Assembly (NCBI GenBank): GCA_963790205.1
Contig: CAWBNQ010000014.1
Coordinates: forward strand, 96,001-160,000
Direction: 5' to 3'
DNA from: Nitrospirota bacterium
Lineage (GTDB): Bacteria; Nitrospirota; UBA9217
DNA length: 64,000 nt
Positions 62,598 through 64,000 of the stretch are shown piece by piece. The number at the start of each line of letters is the position of its first letter. Position 1 is the stretch's first letter. Made by a program: the position numbers and the translations under genes. The notes beneath the pieces were generated by a model that saw only the letters and a program-made list of their open reading frames with translations, was not told where the DNA came from and did not search any database.

Positions 62598-64000
62598 TTA
62601 CCCCCGCGTTTTCCTTCTCACCATTCCCCAGATGAACTCCAATTCCTCGCTCTTCATAAGCCACATGGCCGCGATATAGAAGAAAATGCTGACCGCCATG
62701 CCGCCGCCGAGCATGCCCATCTTATACAACGAATTTCCGCCGTGTTCCCATACTGGGTTTTTGCTGATCCACCAGCCGATCACGCCGATGGCCAGGGACG
62801 CGGGAATAATTTTAACCAGGGACCGCAGAATGCGGCCGGCATCGATCCTGCCGATCTTTTTCCTGAGTTGGATGGTGAGCAGGCTGATATTCAGCATGGC
62901 GGTGAGCGAGGTGGCGAGCGCAAGGCCGCCGTGGGCAAGCGGCGTCTTGAAGACGAAGAAGGCGCTCAGCGCGATGTTGGTACAGAACGCAAGGAGCGCG
63001 ATGACGACCGGTGTTCGCGTGTCCTGGAGAGCGTAGAATGCCTGGACCACGATGCGGACCCCGGCAAAGGCCCAGAGCCCCACGGCGTAGCAGAGGAGCG
63101 CGAGCGCGACGCCCTGCGTCGAGTTGTGATCGAACCGGCCGCGTTCAAGCAGGATATTCACGATCGGGATACGGAGCGTGATAAGGCCTGCCATGGCAGG
63201 AAACATGATGAAGAACACCAGCCGCAACCCAAAGGAGAATGTTTCCCGGAACTCATTCATCTCCCGCCGTGCTGCCTGGACCGACATGGATGGAAGCACC
63301 GCGGTTGCGATGGCGATGCCGAAGATACCGAGGGGAAAATGGATGAATCGCATACCGTAATACAGATAAGCGATGCTGCCGGTCGCCAGGAACGACGCAA
63401 AGATGGTCGATACGAAAATATTAAGCTGGTTCACCGAGGAGCTCAGGAACACCGGCAGCACTAGCAGGCCTATCCTTTTCACGCCCGGGTGGGAAGGCGT
63501 GAACTCCGGCCGCATCCGCATGCCCTGTTTTTTAAGACCCGGCACCTGGATCAGAAACTGGCACATGCCGCCCAATACCACGCCGACGGCAACCCCGAGG
63601 ATGGGCTGGGGCAAGAACCGAATGCTCAATACTATGGCGCTGATCGTCATAACGTTCAACATCACCGGAGAAAGAGCGGGAGTGAGAAAATAACGGAGCG
63701 AATTGAGCATACCCATGGCCAGCGCGGCGAGGCCGATGAAAAGAAGATAAGGGAACATAAGCCGCGTGAGCGTCACCCCGAGGAGGAACTTGTCCTCATT
63801 CCCGGCCTTGTGCACCCAGCCGTAGGCGATAACGTTGACCACATAAGGCGCGAATACAATACCGAGGCCGGTCAGGACGATGAGAATCACGAGCAGCCGG
63901 GCAAAGACCGCATTGGCAAGGTGGAGTGCGCTCTCCTTCGATTCCTTGGTGAGTGTTTCGGTAAAAACGGGAATGAACGCCGCTGACATGGAGCCTTCGG
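62598..64000 (-). CDS. murJ: Lipid II flippase (5' end outside window)
   Basis: EGSMSAAFIPVF, MFPYL, FPLGIFGIAIATAVLP, FYALQDTRTP, GGLALATS. Confidence 0.93.
   Translation of the reverse strand, partial: EGSMSAAFIPVFTETLTKESKESALHLANAVFARLLVILIVLTGLGIVFAPYVVNVIAYGWVHKAGNEDKFLLGVTLTRLMFPYLLFIGLAALAMGMLNSLRYFLTPALSPVMLNVMTISAIVLSIRFLPQPILGVAVGVVLGGMCQFLIQVPGLKKQGMRMRPEFTPSHPGVKRIGLLVLPVFLSSSVNQLNIFVSTIFASFLATGSIAYLYYGMRFIHFPLGIFGIAIATAVLPSMSVQAARREMNEFRETFSFGLRLVFFIMFPAMAGLITLRIPIVNILLERGRFDHNSTQGVALALLCYAVGLWAFAGVRIVVQAFYALQDTRTPVVIALLAFCTNIALSAFFVFKTPLAHGGLALATSLTAMLNISLLTIQLRKKIGRIDAGRILRSLVKIIPASLAIGVIGWWISKNPVWEHGGNSLYKMGMLGGGMAVSIFFYIAAMWLMKSEELEFIWGMVRRKTRG

Overview
GC-rich bacterial chromosomal segment. 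Gene content (decaheme cytochrome, ilv-psd-pssA-leu-asd order, archaeal-type MAT) suggests an anaerobic Nitrospirota/deltaproteobacteria-like organism; this is inference only. Core blocks on the minus strand: tsaB-rimI, ilvD-ilvB-ilvN-ilvC-psd-pssA-leuA-leuC-leuD-leuB-asd-asd, rluB, and murJ-ogt-MBL hydrolase-guaB. Two accessory patches look like integron cassette arrays without IntI (attC sites near 2.4 kb, 26.1 kb and 29.8 kb). They are invaded by mobile elements: an IS91-like transposase plus tyrosine recombinase, a Y1/RAYT transposase with terminal inverted repeats, and an IS630 with a nested IS3; an IS5 lies nearby. The 39-55 kb region holds several internally deleted pseudogenes and universal stress proteins. 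Main highlights: (1) a ~300-nt, highly base-paired, GNRA-rich intergenic RNA candidate at 43005-43306 with its own promoter and terminator, which I cannot assign to a known family; (2) an O6-alkylguanine transferase whose catalytic Cys codon is TGA followed by an fdhF-like SECIS hairpin, a probable selenoprotein; (3) a translationally coupled wHTH + HEPN-like two-gene cassette, a candidate defence/TA module. No rRNA, tRNA or CRISPR array was seen.
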